Assembly (NCBI GenBank): GCA_022566355.1
Contig: JADFJB010000004.1
Coordinates: 15,668-79,667 of the forward strand
Length of the DNA: 64,000 bases
Reading direction: 5' to 3'
From: Candidatus Zhuqueibacterota bacterium
GTDB lineage: Bacteria; Zhuqueibacterota; JdFR-76; DREG01
In this document: positions 17,521 through 26,901 of the stretch, in pieces
How positions within the stretch are numbered: position 1 is the stretch's first letter
Layout: every line of letters begins with the position of its first letter
Made by a program: the position numbers and the translations under genes
Notes under the pieces: generated by a model
Databases searched by the model: none
What the model was told of the DNA's origin: nothing
Seen by the model: only the letters and a program-made list of their open reading frames with translations

Positions 17521-19812
17521 ATGCAATTCAAGAATATGAATATTAAGATCAAAATTTTAATCACTTTTATTAGTTCGATAGTCATCCTAATGTTGATTGC
17601 GACAATCATCAACCATGGTTTGACGAAGAGAGCTTTAACATCGAATTTACAATCCTCCCTTGAAGTGATGAGTGCAATTGCAGGAAACGCCGTAAAAGCC
17701 GGCTTAGAATTTGAAGACGTAGATGAAGTAGGTTCTTCAATGAGTGCATTTACTGGCCTAGACTTGTTTTCTTACATACTCGTGCAAGATAAAAACAAAA
17801 ATAATGTGTTTGAGTATCGCAAAGAAGGTTTGCCAAAAATAGATATGGTTGAGATCTCACTTATTACAGATGAAATAAATGATGAAATGTTTTACACCAT
17901 TCCTGTTGAAGCGAATGGTCAGGAAATGGGTTCATTAACGATTGGAATTTCGCTAGAAAATCGGAATAAAACTTTAAACTCGACAAAATGGGCATCGATA
18001 CTTTTGGCGCTGGTTATGATTGCAGTATTTACTTTGATTACAACAATCACTTCTAATTATATTTCCAAACCTATTCAACAGATTACAATTATAGCACAAG
18101 AATTAGAAAAAGGGAATTTGGATCAACAAATTAATATCCAGAGAGGAGATGAAATAGGTAAACTTGCTGATTCATTACGTACAATGATTGATGCGCAAAA
18201 GAACAAAGCTTATGTTGCAGACCAGATTGCACAAGGGAATCTCTCAGTTCAATTTAATGCAATTTCGAATCAAGATGTTTTAGGCAATGCTATGGTATCG
18301 ATGAAGCATAGTCTAGATTTGATGCAGACAGAGCTTCAAAATACTATAGATGAACAGAAAAATGGTAACTTGGATGCCAGGTGTAATCCCGGGAAACTCA
18401 AAGGAGTTTATGCTGAATTACTTTCAGGTGTTAACGATTCTTTGGATGCAGTGATCCAACCATTATCTGAAGGGATTCATATTTTACAAGAATATGCCAA
18501 TGGTGATTTAACAAAAAAAATGCGTTCGCTTCCAGGTAAACAGGTCTTTGTAGCACAAGGCTTGGATTCCATTCGCAATACCCTATTGTCTCTTATTGAA
18601 GAAAGTAAGTCAATGGCAAAGGCTGCGGAAGAAGGTGAATTAAGCAAAAGAGGTGATGCATCTAAATTTAAAGGAGAATATAGAGAAATTATTCTAGGCA
18701 TGAATAATACCCTTGATAATATCCTTCGGCCAATAAATGAAGCGATTGATTGTCTGGCTATGATTGCTGAAGGTAACCTAAAGGCTACTGTAAATGGTGA
18801 GTATAAGGGCGATCATGCAATTATAAAAGAATCTATTAACACTACATTTAATTCAATTAATGAAATACTTGGACAGATGAATAATTTAGTAGATATTGTA
18901 TCTACAGGTGCACAACAGGTGGCCGATTCCAGTCAATCCCTTTCTTATGGATCTACCCAACAGGCAAGTTCGCTTGAGGAGATCAGCGCATCTATGGGTG
19001 AAATTGGAGCTCAAACAAAAATAAATGCAGAAAATGCTCTTAAAGCAAATAAGCTTGCATCAAATTCGCATGTTGCTGCTGAGCAAGGTAATCAACAAAT
19101 GAAGAAGATGTTGCAAGCAATGGATGAGATTAATAATTCGTCTAATGAAATTTCAAAAATAATCAAAGTCATTGATGAAATTGCATTTCAAACCAACTTG
19201 CTAGCTCTTAATGCTGCTGTCGAAGCTGCCAGGGCAGGAGTGCATGGCAAAGGTTTCGCAGTAGTAGCTGAGGAGGTTAGAAACCTTGCACAACGTAGCG
19301 CCAAGGCTGCACAAGAAACTACGAATCTTATCAGTGGATCTGTAGAAAAAGTTGAAAATGGTACAAAGATAGCTAACGAAACGGATAAAGCGCTCAGTGA
19401 AATTGTAAAAGGTGTTACTGAAGTTACGGAATTAGTCGGAAAAATTGCCGAAGCTTCGAATGAACAAGCACAGGGAATCGATCAGGTCAATTTAGGCCTA
19501 AACCAGATTGATAGTATAACCCAGAAAAATTCAGCTAGTGCTGAAGACAGTGCAAGCGCAGCAAAAGAATTGTCCAACCAAAGTGAAAATCTAAAGATGA
19601 TGCTGAAGAGTTTCAACTTATCAAGTCAGAAAATTGAAACCCCGCGAATGCCTAAGGCTAAATCAAAAGATATTTTAAAATTAGAGGTTTCTGATGTTAA
19701 AGTGAGTTCAGGCAATCTGGCAGATAGACTGAAGGACGGAAAAGTTGATGATGAGGATATAAATCCATCGGACATCATTAAATTTGATGAGGATGAATTT
19801 GGTAAGTTCTAA
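17521..19812 (+). CDS. Methyl-accepting chemotaxis protein with a poly-HAMP array
   Basis: Two TM segments flank a periplasmic domain of about 130 aa. About six HAMP-like repeats follow (G[ND]L...). The conserved signalling hairpin is EIAFQTNLLALNAAVEAARAGVHGKGFAVVAEEVRNLA. Confidence 0.95.
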   Translation: MQFKNMNIKIKILITFISSIVILMLIATIINHGLTKRALTSNLQSSLEVMSAIAGNAVKAGLEFEDVDEVGSSMSAFTGLDLFSYILVQDKNKNNVFEYRKEGLPKIDMVEISLITDEINDEMFYTIPVEANGQEMGSLTIGISLENRNKTLNSTKWASILLALVMIAVFTLITTITSNYISKPIQQITIIAQELEKGNLDQQINIQRGDEIGKLADSLRTMIDAQKNKAYVADQIAQGNLSVQFNAISNQDVLGNAMVSMKHSLDLMQTELQNTIDEQKNGNLDARCNPGKLKGVYAELLSGVNDSLDAVIQPLSEGIHILQEYANGDLTKKMRSLPGKQVFVAQGLDSIRNTLLSLIEESKSMAKAAEEGELSKRGDASKFKGEYREIILGMNNTLDNILRPINEAIDCLAMIAEGNLKATVNGEYKGDHAIIKESINTTFNSINEILGQMNNLVDIVSTGAQQVADSSQSLSYGSTQQASSLEEISASMGEIGAQTKINAENALKANKLASNSHVAAEQGNQQMKKMLQAMDEINNSSNEISKIIKVIDEIAFQTNLLALNAAVEAARAGVHGKGFAVVAEEVRNLAQRSAKAAQETTNLISGSVEKVENGTKIANETDKALSEIVKGVTEVTELVGKIAEASNEQAQGIDQVNLGLNQIDSITQKNSASAEDSASAAKELSNQSENLKMMLKSFNLSSQKIETPRMPKAKSKDILKLEVSDVKVSSGNLADRLKDGKVDDEDINPSDIIKFDEDEFGKF

Positions 19813-19884
19813 TGTTTGATAAGTCCATTAATTGAAGAATCGAATTTCCCGATTTAAAAGTAGTACACAAAAATCAGGTAATCA

Positions 19885-20718
19885 TTGAATTTACAATTAA
19901 CAATTACAAATAATGAGTTCAAACTCATTAGAAACCTTATTTATGATCAATTCGGGATTAACCTCTGCGAACAAAAAAAAGGTTTGGTTGTTGGTAGATT
20001 GCGAAAAGTTCTTAACCAAAATGGATTTAATAGTTTTGGACAGTATTATGACTATGTAAAGTCAGATACAACTGGTGAAGCTCTGAAAACCTTAATCGAT
20101 AAAATATCCACGAATCATACATATTTTTTTAGGGAGAAGGCACATTTTGATTTTTTAATGAAAAATACTTTTCCTGAAATAGCACAAAAAATTGCAGGAA
20201 GTAAGATAAATAATTTACGAATTTGGTGTGCAGGTTGCTCATCCGGTGAGGAACCCTATACCTTGGCAATGATTTTGTTAGAATACTTTGGTATGAAGAT
20301 TAGTAATTGGGATACAGGAATTCTTGCAACAGACATATCTTCTGAAATATTAGAAAAGGCGAACGAAGCGATTTACGCGACTACTAATGTTGCGAATTTA
20401 CCAAATACTTACCTTCATAAATATTTTAAAGAAATTTCCAAAGAGACCTGGGCAGTTAAGGATAAATTAAAGAAGCTCGTTTTATTCAAACAGTTAAATT
20501 TAATGAGAGAAGATTATCCTTTTAAAGGGAAATTCGACGTTATCTTTTGTCGCAATGTAATGATTTATTTCGACAATGTGAAAAGGGAAAATCTGATCAA
20601 TAAATTCTACAAATACACCCAACCAGGTGGTTATCTTTTTGTTGGGCATGCTGAATCACTGACAAGATATCAATGTCCTTATCGATATATTAAACCTGGG
20701 GTATATAAAAAGGAATAA
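19885..20718 (+). CDS. cheR: Chemotaxis methyltransferase CheR
   Basis: SAM-binding motif IWCAGCSSGEEPYTLAM, followed by FDVIFCRNVMIYF. TTG start as given in the ORF track. Confidence 0.93.
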   Translation: MNLQLTITNNEFKLIRNLIYDQFGINLCEQKKGLVVGRLRKVLNQNGFNSFGQYYDYVKSDTTGEALKTLIDKISTNHTYFFREKAHFDFLMKNTFPEIAQKIAGSKINNLRIWCAGCSSGEEPYTLAMILLEYFGMKISNWDTGILATDISSEILEKANEAIYATTNVANLPNTYLHKYFKEISKETWAVKDKLKKLVLFKQLNLMREDYPFKGKFDVIFCRNVMIYFDNVKRENLINKFYKYTQPGGYLFVGHAESLTRYQCPYRYIKPGVYKKE

Positions 20719-21782
20719 TGATGATAAACAAAAAAATTCGTGTTTTGATTGTGGATGACTCCAGATTTGTACAGACAATTCTTACTAAAGGTCTTTCTTT
20801 GGATCCGGAAATTGAAGTAATCGGAAGTGCAGCAGATCCTTATGAAGCGCGAGACAAAATCGTTAATCTTAAACCGGATGTTTTGACCCTTGATGTTGAA
20901 ATGCCAAAAATGAATGGATTAGAGTTTCTAAAGAAGTTAATGCCACAATACCCGATGCCGGTAATTATGGTGAGCTCTCTAACAAATAGAAGCTCCCAGA
21001 TAACCCTGGATGCCTTATCTGCGGGAGCAGTAGACTTTGTGGTAAAACCATCCCCTAACCTGGATGGTGGGTTAAGTGGACTCATTGAAGTCATTCAAGA
21101 GAAAATAAAAATTGCCTCTAAGGTAAATGTTAAAAACCGTCAAAGCGGAAAAAGTAGTTCAAAAGAAATTCAATCGATTGAAGGATGTTCCGGGCTTGCA
21201 TTACATAGCAAAATCATCGCAATCGGGGCATCAACCGGAGGTACGGACGCAATTGAGACAATTATTAAAACATTTCCTAAAAATATGCCTAGTACAGTGA
21301 TAGTGCAACATATGCCTACAGGATTTACCAAGTTATTTGCCGATCGAATCAATTCAAAATGCCAGGTTAATGTCAAAGAAGCTGAGTCGGGAGATATTCT
21401 CTCTCCAGGTACAGTCCTGATTGCCCCGGGTGGTTATCAAATGACTTTAGTTAAAACCAATTTGGAATATCGAGTTTTGTGCAGGCAGGGAGAGTTGGTA
21501 TGCGGACATGCACCATCAGTTGAAGTTTTATTTAATTCAGTTGCCCAGGTAGCAGGTCCAAATGCAATTGGAGTAATGTTAACGGGAATGGGTCATGACG
21601 GCGCTGATGCCATGGTTAAAATGCGGAAAGCCGGGGCAAAAACAATGGCTCAGGACGAAGCTACATCTGTTGTATTCGGAATGCCAAAAGAAGCTTATGA
21701 ACGGGGAGGTGCAGAAGTATTGGTTCCATTGGACAGAATACCTACAAAAGTGAATCAATACTTATTCACAGGTGATAAATAG
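20718..21782 (+). CDS. cheB: Chemotaxis methylesterase/deamidase CheB (REC + esterase)
   Basis: Receiver domain (VLIVDDS, DVEMPKMNGLEF) plus an esterase domain (IGASTGG, MLTGMGHDGA, FGMPKEA). Confidence 0.95.
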   Translation: MMINKKIRVLIVDDSRFVQTILTKGLSLDPEIEVIGSAADPYEARDKIVNLKPDVLTLDVEMPKMNGLEFLKKLMPQYPMPVIMVSSLTNRSSQITLDALSAGAVDFVVKPSPNLDGGLSGLIEVIQEKIKIASKVNVKNRQSGKSSSKEIQSIEGCSGLALHSKIIAIGASTGGTDAIETIIKTFPKNMPSTVIVQHMPTGFTKLFADRINSKCQVNVKEAESGDILSPGTVLIAPGGYQMTLVKTNLEYRVLCRQGELVCGHAPSVEVLFNSVAQVAGPNAIGVMLTGMGHDGADAMVKMRKAGAKTMAQDEATSVVFGMPKEAYERGGAEVLVPLDRIPTKVNQYLFTGDK

Positions 21783-21783
21783 G

Positions 21784-22260
21784 ATGATTTTAGTGGGAAT
21801 AGGTGAGATTGTAATTTCAAATAAACCTGGGGAAACGATAAAGACAATGGCATTGGGATCATGCGTTGGTATCGTCATGTTATCAAAAAAGAAAAACGTT
21901 GTTGCGATGGCCCATGTGGCATTGCCAGATTCTTCAATTAATCACAACCTAAGAAATAATATACCCGGGTATTTTGCAGATCAAGCAGTACCTAACTTGT
22001 TAAAAGAACTTAAGAGATTTGGCGTAAGCACGTTTGATATTACAGTGAAATTAATTGGTGGTTCAAGTATTATGGACCCGGTTGGCATATTTAATATTGG
22101 TAAAAGAAATGTGCTAACCATTCGGAAATTGTTGTGGAATTCTAGGCTAGGTGCAACTGTTGAGGATGTGGGAGGAAATTATAGCCGGACTTTATGGGTA
22201 GAAATAGACACAGGCAAAGTCTTCATCTCATCCCCAAAGAGAGGTAAGTGGGAATTATGA
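21784..22260 (+). CDS. cheD: Chemoreceptor glutamine deamidase CheD
   Basis: The GEIVISNKPGETIKTMALGSCVGIVM pattern, with the catalytic Cys context, is typical of CheD. Internal ATG 21784 was chosen because it lies just after the cheB stop. Confidence 0.9.
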   Translation: MILVGIGEIVISNKPGETIKTMALGSCVGIVMLSKKKNVVAMAHVALPDSSINHNLRNNIPGYFADQAVPNLLKELKRFGVSTFDITVKLIGGSSIMDPVGIFNIGKRNVLTIRKLLWNSRLGATVEDVGGNYSRTLWVEIDTGKVFISSPKRGKWEL

Positions 22261-23117
22261 GTGAATTATTAACATGTATTCTTGACAAAGTAAAAAAGAT
22301 GCCTCCTATAAGATCCGATACGTATAAGATTATTCAGATTTTATCTAAAGATAATTATTCTATTAATGAAATTGCTAAAATCGTAGAAGCTGATGTTTCA
22401 TTGACAGCCAGATGTCTGAGAACAGTGAATTCGGCAAGTATGGGCTTGAGAAAAGAAGTGATTTCGATCCGGCATGCTCTTAATCTCCTTGGCTCAAAAA
22501 GCTTTCTCGGTATTGTACTTAGAGAGTCAGTTCTAGATATTACTCCCAATCCAATTGAAGGGTACTACACGAAGACAGAGGAATTTTGGAATGATTGTCT
22601 TCGATCTGCGATTGCATCAAGAATTCTTTTAACAAGAAGTACATTAAATATAATGCCCGAATTAGCATACACAGCCGCTCTTTTGCAGGATATTGGGAAA
22701 ATTGTTATTGATGAGTTTTTTGATCGTGCTGATTTTGATAATTATAATTTAATGGCACCTGAAAATGATAAGAACTTTTTGGATGTTGAAAAAACAGTAT
22801 TTGGAACCGATCATACAATAATAGGAGAACAAATTGCTGAAGTGTGGCAGTTCCCAGATTCTTTGACAAATGTTATTCGTTATCATCATACTCCAAGCTC
22901 GGCGCCAAAAAAATATAGAGATCTTGTTGTTGTTGTGCATCTTGGTAAAGTCTTGGCAACTTTTACTGATACGATTGGAGGTGTTGGTAGTTTTGAATAT
23001 CGACTGGATCCGATTATAGAAGAATATTTTAAAATGGATAAAAAAATTGTAGCTGAGTTAATTTGTAGTATAGATATGGAATTTATATCAACCGTGAGAA
23101 ACTTTGGGTGGTATTGA
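22257..23117 (+). CDS. HDOD domain protein
   Basis: HDOD-like pattern: ...IAKIVEADVSLTARCLRTVNSA..., LLQDIGKIV, GTDHTIIGEQIAEVWQFPDSLTNVIRYHH. ATGA overlap with cheD. Confidence 0.75.
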   Translation: MSELLTCILDKVKKMPPIRSDTYKIIQILSKDNYSINEIAKIVEADVSLTARCLRTVNSASMGLRKEVISIRHALNLLGSKSFLGIVLRESVLDITPNPIEGYYTKTEEFWNDCLRSAIASRILLTRSTLNIMPELAYTAALLQDIGKIVIDEFFDRADFDNYNLMAPENDKNFLDVEKTVFGTDHTIIGEQIAEVWQFPDSLTNVIRYHHTPSSAPKKYRDLVVVVHLGKVLATFTDTIGGVGSFEYRLDPIIEEYFKMDKKIVAELICSIDMEFISTVRNFGWY

Positions 23118-23503
23118 AGGGAAAATTACGTTTAATCGTATTTTTGATAGTGGATGAATCTGCTGTAGCAAGAAAAATGATCAAACGTTCGTTAGAAATC
23201 GTGGGTCTCCAGGATTCTGATTTTTCTGAAGCCGAGAATAGTGTGGAAGCTTTAGAAATTCTTAAGGATTCAGAGTTCGATTTAGTTTGTACAGATCTGA
23301 ATATGCCGGAGATGGATGGTACGCAGCTTCTTAAAAGAATAAAAAACTCTCCAAAATTAACGGATACCCCTGTTATCATAATTTCGAGCCTCACGAATGC
23401 AACCAGAGAAAAACAATTGCTTTCTGATCATGCGTTAAAAGTATTCAAAAAGCCATTGTCTTTACCGGAATTTAGCGGCTTTTTTAGTGTTTATTTAAAT
23501 TAA
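23108..23503 (+). CDS. CheY-like single-domain response regulator
   Basis: Receiver motifs IVDESAVARKM, DLNMPEMDGTQL, ISSLTN, FKKPL. GTG start, overlapping the HDOD gene end. Confidence 0.85.
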   Translation: MVLKGKLRLIVFLIVDESAVARKMIKRSLEIVGLQDSDFSEAENSVEALEILKDSEFDLVCTDLNMPEMDGTQLLKRIKNSPKLTDTPVIIISSLTNATREKQLLSDHALKVFKKPLSLPEFSGFFSVYLN

Positions 23504-23524
23504 AATTAAGGTAGAACTGTAAAG

Positions 23525-23930
23525 ATGAGTAGTGGGAAAAACCAATTGATTAATGCTTTATCCGGGGCTGTCGCTGAAACTTTTGAGGGATTGGCCTTTG
23601 CTGAAGTTGAAAAACCCGGCAAATGGCGCGCTACATATTGTCATCGGTGAAAATTTGTCTTTTGAACTTACTAAATCTTTATCAGGTGAAGATAGGCAAG
23701 AAATAGCAGACTCATTAGTAAGAGATTCCATAGCAGAAATTGCCAATATTATTGGTGGTAGTTATTTGCGCTTTATAACCCTGGAAAATCATAAATATGA
23801 GTTAGGTATTCCTGTTTCGCGTAGAATAGCCGATAAGAAGTCAGAGTTTAATGAGAAATCTGCAATTTATATGGCTTTTGATATTGAAGGGAATAAAATT
23901 TATGTAATGTTGACTAATTCACAAAATTGA
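23525..23930 (+). pseudogene. CheX/CheC-like gene interrupted by a frameshift (or sequencing error) near an A5C3 run
   Basis: ATG 23525 gives MSSGKNQLINALSGAVAETFEGLAFAEVEK, a typical CheX N-terminus, then stops at 23648-23650. ORF 23553..23930, in another frame, carries the rest of the domain, including D-x3-E-x2-N (DSIAEIANIIGGS). The sensible reading switches frame around 23609-23620 (GAAAAACCCGGC). Confidence 0.6.
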
Positions 23931-24182
23931 GCTTATACTGGCAGAAAACTAAATAATTAGTATAAAATCACCTTATCATTCTTGGCTTAGAATAGAATAT
24001 CTTAAAAGGGGATAACAACCTTTATTATTCTACTCAATAAGTTCTTCTTCGGGTAATACTTGCCGATTTGCTTGGTAAGAATTGCCTACTCTCAAGTTTT
24101 ACCTTCCTTGTAAGACTAAGACATATATCTATATATCAATAATAAACAATAGGTTATGGTTTAAAATATTATTGAAATAATC

Positions 24183-24197
24183 TGGCATATGTCTTGC
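24183..24197 (+). promoter_or_regulatory. Sigma-54 promoter candidate upstream of fliM
   Basis: cTGGCATatgtcTTGCt, against the consensus TGGCAC-N5-TTGC(A/T). The C of TTGC lies 41 nt upstream of the fliM start codon, within a 307-bp intergenic gap. Confidence 0.6.
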
Positions 24198-24237
24198 TAA
24201 AGAGATTCAAATAGTTACCAACCGAGAGGATTTATAA

Positions 24238-25191
24238 TTGGAATATATAAAAGATCAAGAAGAGCTTGATGCAATTTATCAAGACATCCAAAAGGAAATT
24301 GAAGAAAAAAGTTTATATCAGCAGTCAATTAGAACGTTTGATTTTAAGCAGCCAGACCGCATTACCCGCAATGCAAAAAAAATTATTGAAAATATACAAG
24401 ATAATTTTTCAAAGGAAGTTGCGTCTCACCTGAATAACAAACTTCGGGCAAATGTTAACATTCAGTTAGTTTCCTTAAGTCAGCAGTCTTTGTCAGAATT
24501 TATAGAAGGAATGGACGTACAATCTTGTTTCTATGTGTTTAGGATAAATGAATATGATAGGGAAGCTGTTCTTGAGATACATCCTCACCTGGCATTTTAT
24601 ATAGTAGATCGGGTAATGGGTGGCCCGGGTCATGGTAACCAGTTAGACCGGGAATTGACAAAAATAGAACAGATAATCATGAAGCAAGTGGTCGCCGAAA
24701 TTCTGGAAATAAACCGAGTGGCTTGGAGCCGGATAGTTTCTTTTACGATTGGCTCACAAAATTATTATAGTAGTTCAAATTACATTCAGTTTGCAAAAAC
24801 CGGGGAAACTATTGTTTCGGTAACTTTTGAAGTTTCTATTGAAGATACTCAAAGTATGCTGGTGCTTAGTTATCCGTATTACTTAATAAATGATTTAGTG
24901 CCGGATATAAGCTCAAATAGTGAAAAAAATCAAGTAAGTAATGTTCGTAGTAAGGCGTTAATTAATAAAAATTTAGAAACCTCAAAAACACCAATTTCTG
25001 TAAATTTAGGTCAATCAAAATTATCTTTAAAGGATCTGATTAATTTGAAAAACGGGGACGTAATTCTTTTGAATAAACAAACAACAGATAATCTGGAACT
25101 AATTGTTGGAAAAAAACCTCGCTTTTATGGTAAAGCTGGTATTATAAAAAATCGCTTTGCTTTTAAAGTAGCTCAAAGATCTCAAAGCTAA
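24238..25191 (+). CDS. fliM: Flagellar motor switch protein FliM
   Basis: The N-terminal DQEELDAIY resembles the CheY-P-binding LSQxEIDALL motif. FDFKQPDRITRNAKKIIENIQDNF and the C-terminal SpoA-like part also fit. TTG start with GAGAGGA upstream. Confidence 0.92.
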   Translation: MEYIKDQEELDAIYQDIQKEIEEKSLYQQSIRTFDFKQPDRITRNAKKIIENIQDNFSKEVASHLNNKLRANVNIQLVSLSQQSLSEFIEGMDVQSCFYVFRINEYDREAVLEIHPHLAFYIVDRVMGGPGHGNQLDRELTKIEQIIMKQVVAEILEINRVAWSRIVSFTIGSQNYYSSSNYIQFAKTGETIVSVTFEVSIEDTQSMLVLSYPYYLINDLVPDISSNSEKNQVSNVRSKALINKNLETSKTPISVNLGQSKLSLKDLINLKNGDVILLNKQTTDNLELIVGKKPRFYGKAGIIKNRFAFKVAQRSQS

Positions 25192-25204
25192 TAAGGATAA
25201 GCAA

Positions 25205-25627
25205 ATGGAAGAAGAAAACACTGATATGGAAAATCCGCAGGAAGGTACAGAAGTCGTTCAGGAAAAGGATGCTGCACAACAGAAATTATTTAAAGAGGAT
25301 TTAAGTGCATTACCCATGAGCGATGATGAAGATAAAAGTGACTCATTATTAAATTCCAAAACTCTGGAATTCTTATTTGACCTGGAGTTACTAATGTCCG
25401 TGGAGTTGGCAAGAAAAGAAATGAGGCTTCAGGATATAGTCAATTTGGATGAGGGGTCTATCGTAGAATTTGATAAACTCGCAGGTGAGTCGGTTGATAT
25501 TCTGGTTAACAACAAAAAAATTGCTGAAGGAGAAGTTGTTGTGATCGATGACCGATTTGGTGTTCGAATTGTTGACTTGGTTAACCCAACAGATCGAATC
25601 AAAGACCTTACCAAGTTAGCCTCATAA
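25205..25627 (+). CDS. fliN: Flagellar motor switch protein FliN
   Basis: C-terminal SpoA domain VELARKEMRLQDIVNLDEGSIVEFDKLAGESVDILVNNKKIAEGEVVVIDDRFGVRIV. Confidence 0.93.
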   Translation: MEEENTDMENPQEGTEVVQEKDAAQQKLFKEDLSALPMSDDEDKSDSLLNSKTLEFLFDLELLMSVELARKEMRLQDIVNLDEGSIVEFDKLAGESVDILVNNKKIAEGEVVVIDDRFGVRIVDLVNPTDRIKDLTKLAS

Positions 25628-26118
25628 TGAAGAAGAAGACGCGCAAAAAAATTACAATTGTTCTCGTTGTACTGGCTTTTTTGATGGCAGGAGTGAATTA
25701 TATATTGCTTGGACATGGGCAAGTTCCAGCAGAGCAGCAAAGTCCTGCAACCGTACCAAATTTCACTGAACTCATTTTCCAATCTATTATTCTTTTGGGC
25801 TTCATCATTCTGTTGATTTATTTCATCTTGTATCTACTCAAAAGATTTGTTTATAAAAATCCTGCCCAACATTCAAACAATGCATTCGAAATCCTGAGTA
25901 TTACACCACTTATACCTAAAAAATCAATATGTGTCATAAAAATGGTTGACCGTATTTTGGTTTTAGGGTTAACCGAAAACGCAATCAGTCCTATCACACA
26001 AATTGATAACCCGGATCAACGCAGGGAATGGGAGGCTGCTTTTAAAAATTCTGGCGGTTCTACTGCCAGATCATTTTCAGCTCAGTTAGAAAAAATATTT
26101 CGTGGAATTAAGAAATAG
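25627..26118 (+). CDS. fliO: Flagellar biosynthesis protein FliO/FliZ
   Basis: Membrane protein lying between fliN and fliP. FliO-like core ILSITPLIPKKSICVIKMVDRILVLGLTENAISPI. Confidence 0.7.
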   Translation: MKKKTRKKITIVLVVLAFLMAGVNYILLGHGQVPAEQQSPATVPNFTELIFQSIILLGFIILLIYFILYLLKRFVYKNPAQHSNNAFEILSITPLIPKKSICVIKMVDRILVLGLTENAISPITQIDNPDQRREWEAAFKNSGGSTARSFSAQLEKIFRGIKK

Positions 26119-26123
26119 ATTCA

Positions 26124-26894
26124 ATGAAAAAATATGCATCTAAATCTTTATTGATTATAATCATCCTATTTACCGGAATAGTTGTTTCAGGTATAGGAGA
26201 TGTAATTGCACAGCAGCCTATCCCTAGAATATCAATCTCAATTGATGGGGCGAAAAGTCCAAAGGACGTAGCTGTAACCCTGGAAATTCTCCTTTTAATG
26301 ACTGTGCTGACGTTAGCTCCGGCTATTCTTGTTCTAACAACTTCTTTTACCAGGATCATTGTCGTTTTTCACTTTCTTCGCCAGGCAATGGGTTTGCAAC
26401 AAATGCCTCCTAATCAGGTATTAATTGGACTGGCCCTCTTCCTGACTCTATTCATCATGAACCCGGTCTATACTCAGGTATACCAAAACTCCGTGAAACC
26501 ATATCTAGCAGAAGAAATGTCTTTTGATGATGCCGCTGCAAGTGCAATCAAGCCTATAAGAGAATTCATGCTAAAAAATACGCGAGAAAAGGATGTAAGC
26601 CTTCTTGTAAGTATAGCGAATATCAATAAACCATCAAACGAAAATGATTTGCCGACTCATTTACTGGTTCCGGCTTTTGTAATCAGTGAGCTCAGGGTAG
26701 CCTTTCAAATTGGATTTGTAATTTATATGCCCTTTCTCGTCATAGACATTGTAGTTGCTAGTATTTTAATGTCCATGGGTATGATGATGTTACCACCTGT
26801 AATGATTTCACTGCCATTCAAAATAATGCTCTTTGTTCTCATTGATGGTTGGTACTTATTGGTCGGTTCGGTAATTAAGAGCTTTGTAATTTGA
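26124..26894 (+). CDS. fliP: Flagellar export apparatus protein FliP
   Basis: Signal sequence plus the conserved FTRIIVVFHFLRQAMG, AFVISELRVAFQIGF and MPPVMISLPFK motifs. Confidence 0.97.
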   Translation: MKKYASKSLLIIIILFTGIVVSGIGDVIAQQPIPRISISIDGAKSPKDVAVTLEILLLMTVLTLAPAILVLTTSFTRIIVVFHFLRQAMGLQQMPPNQVLIGLALFLTLFIMNPVYTQVYQNSVKPYLAEEMSFDDAAASAIKPIREFMLKNTREKDVSLLVSIANINKPSNENDLPTHLLVPAFVISELRVAFQIGFVIYMPFLVIDIVVASILMSMGMMMLPPVMISLPFKIMLFVLIDGWYLLVGSVIKSFVI

Positions 26895-26901
26895 GGAATT
26901 T

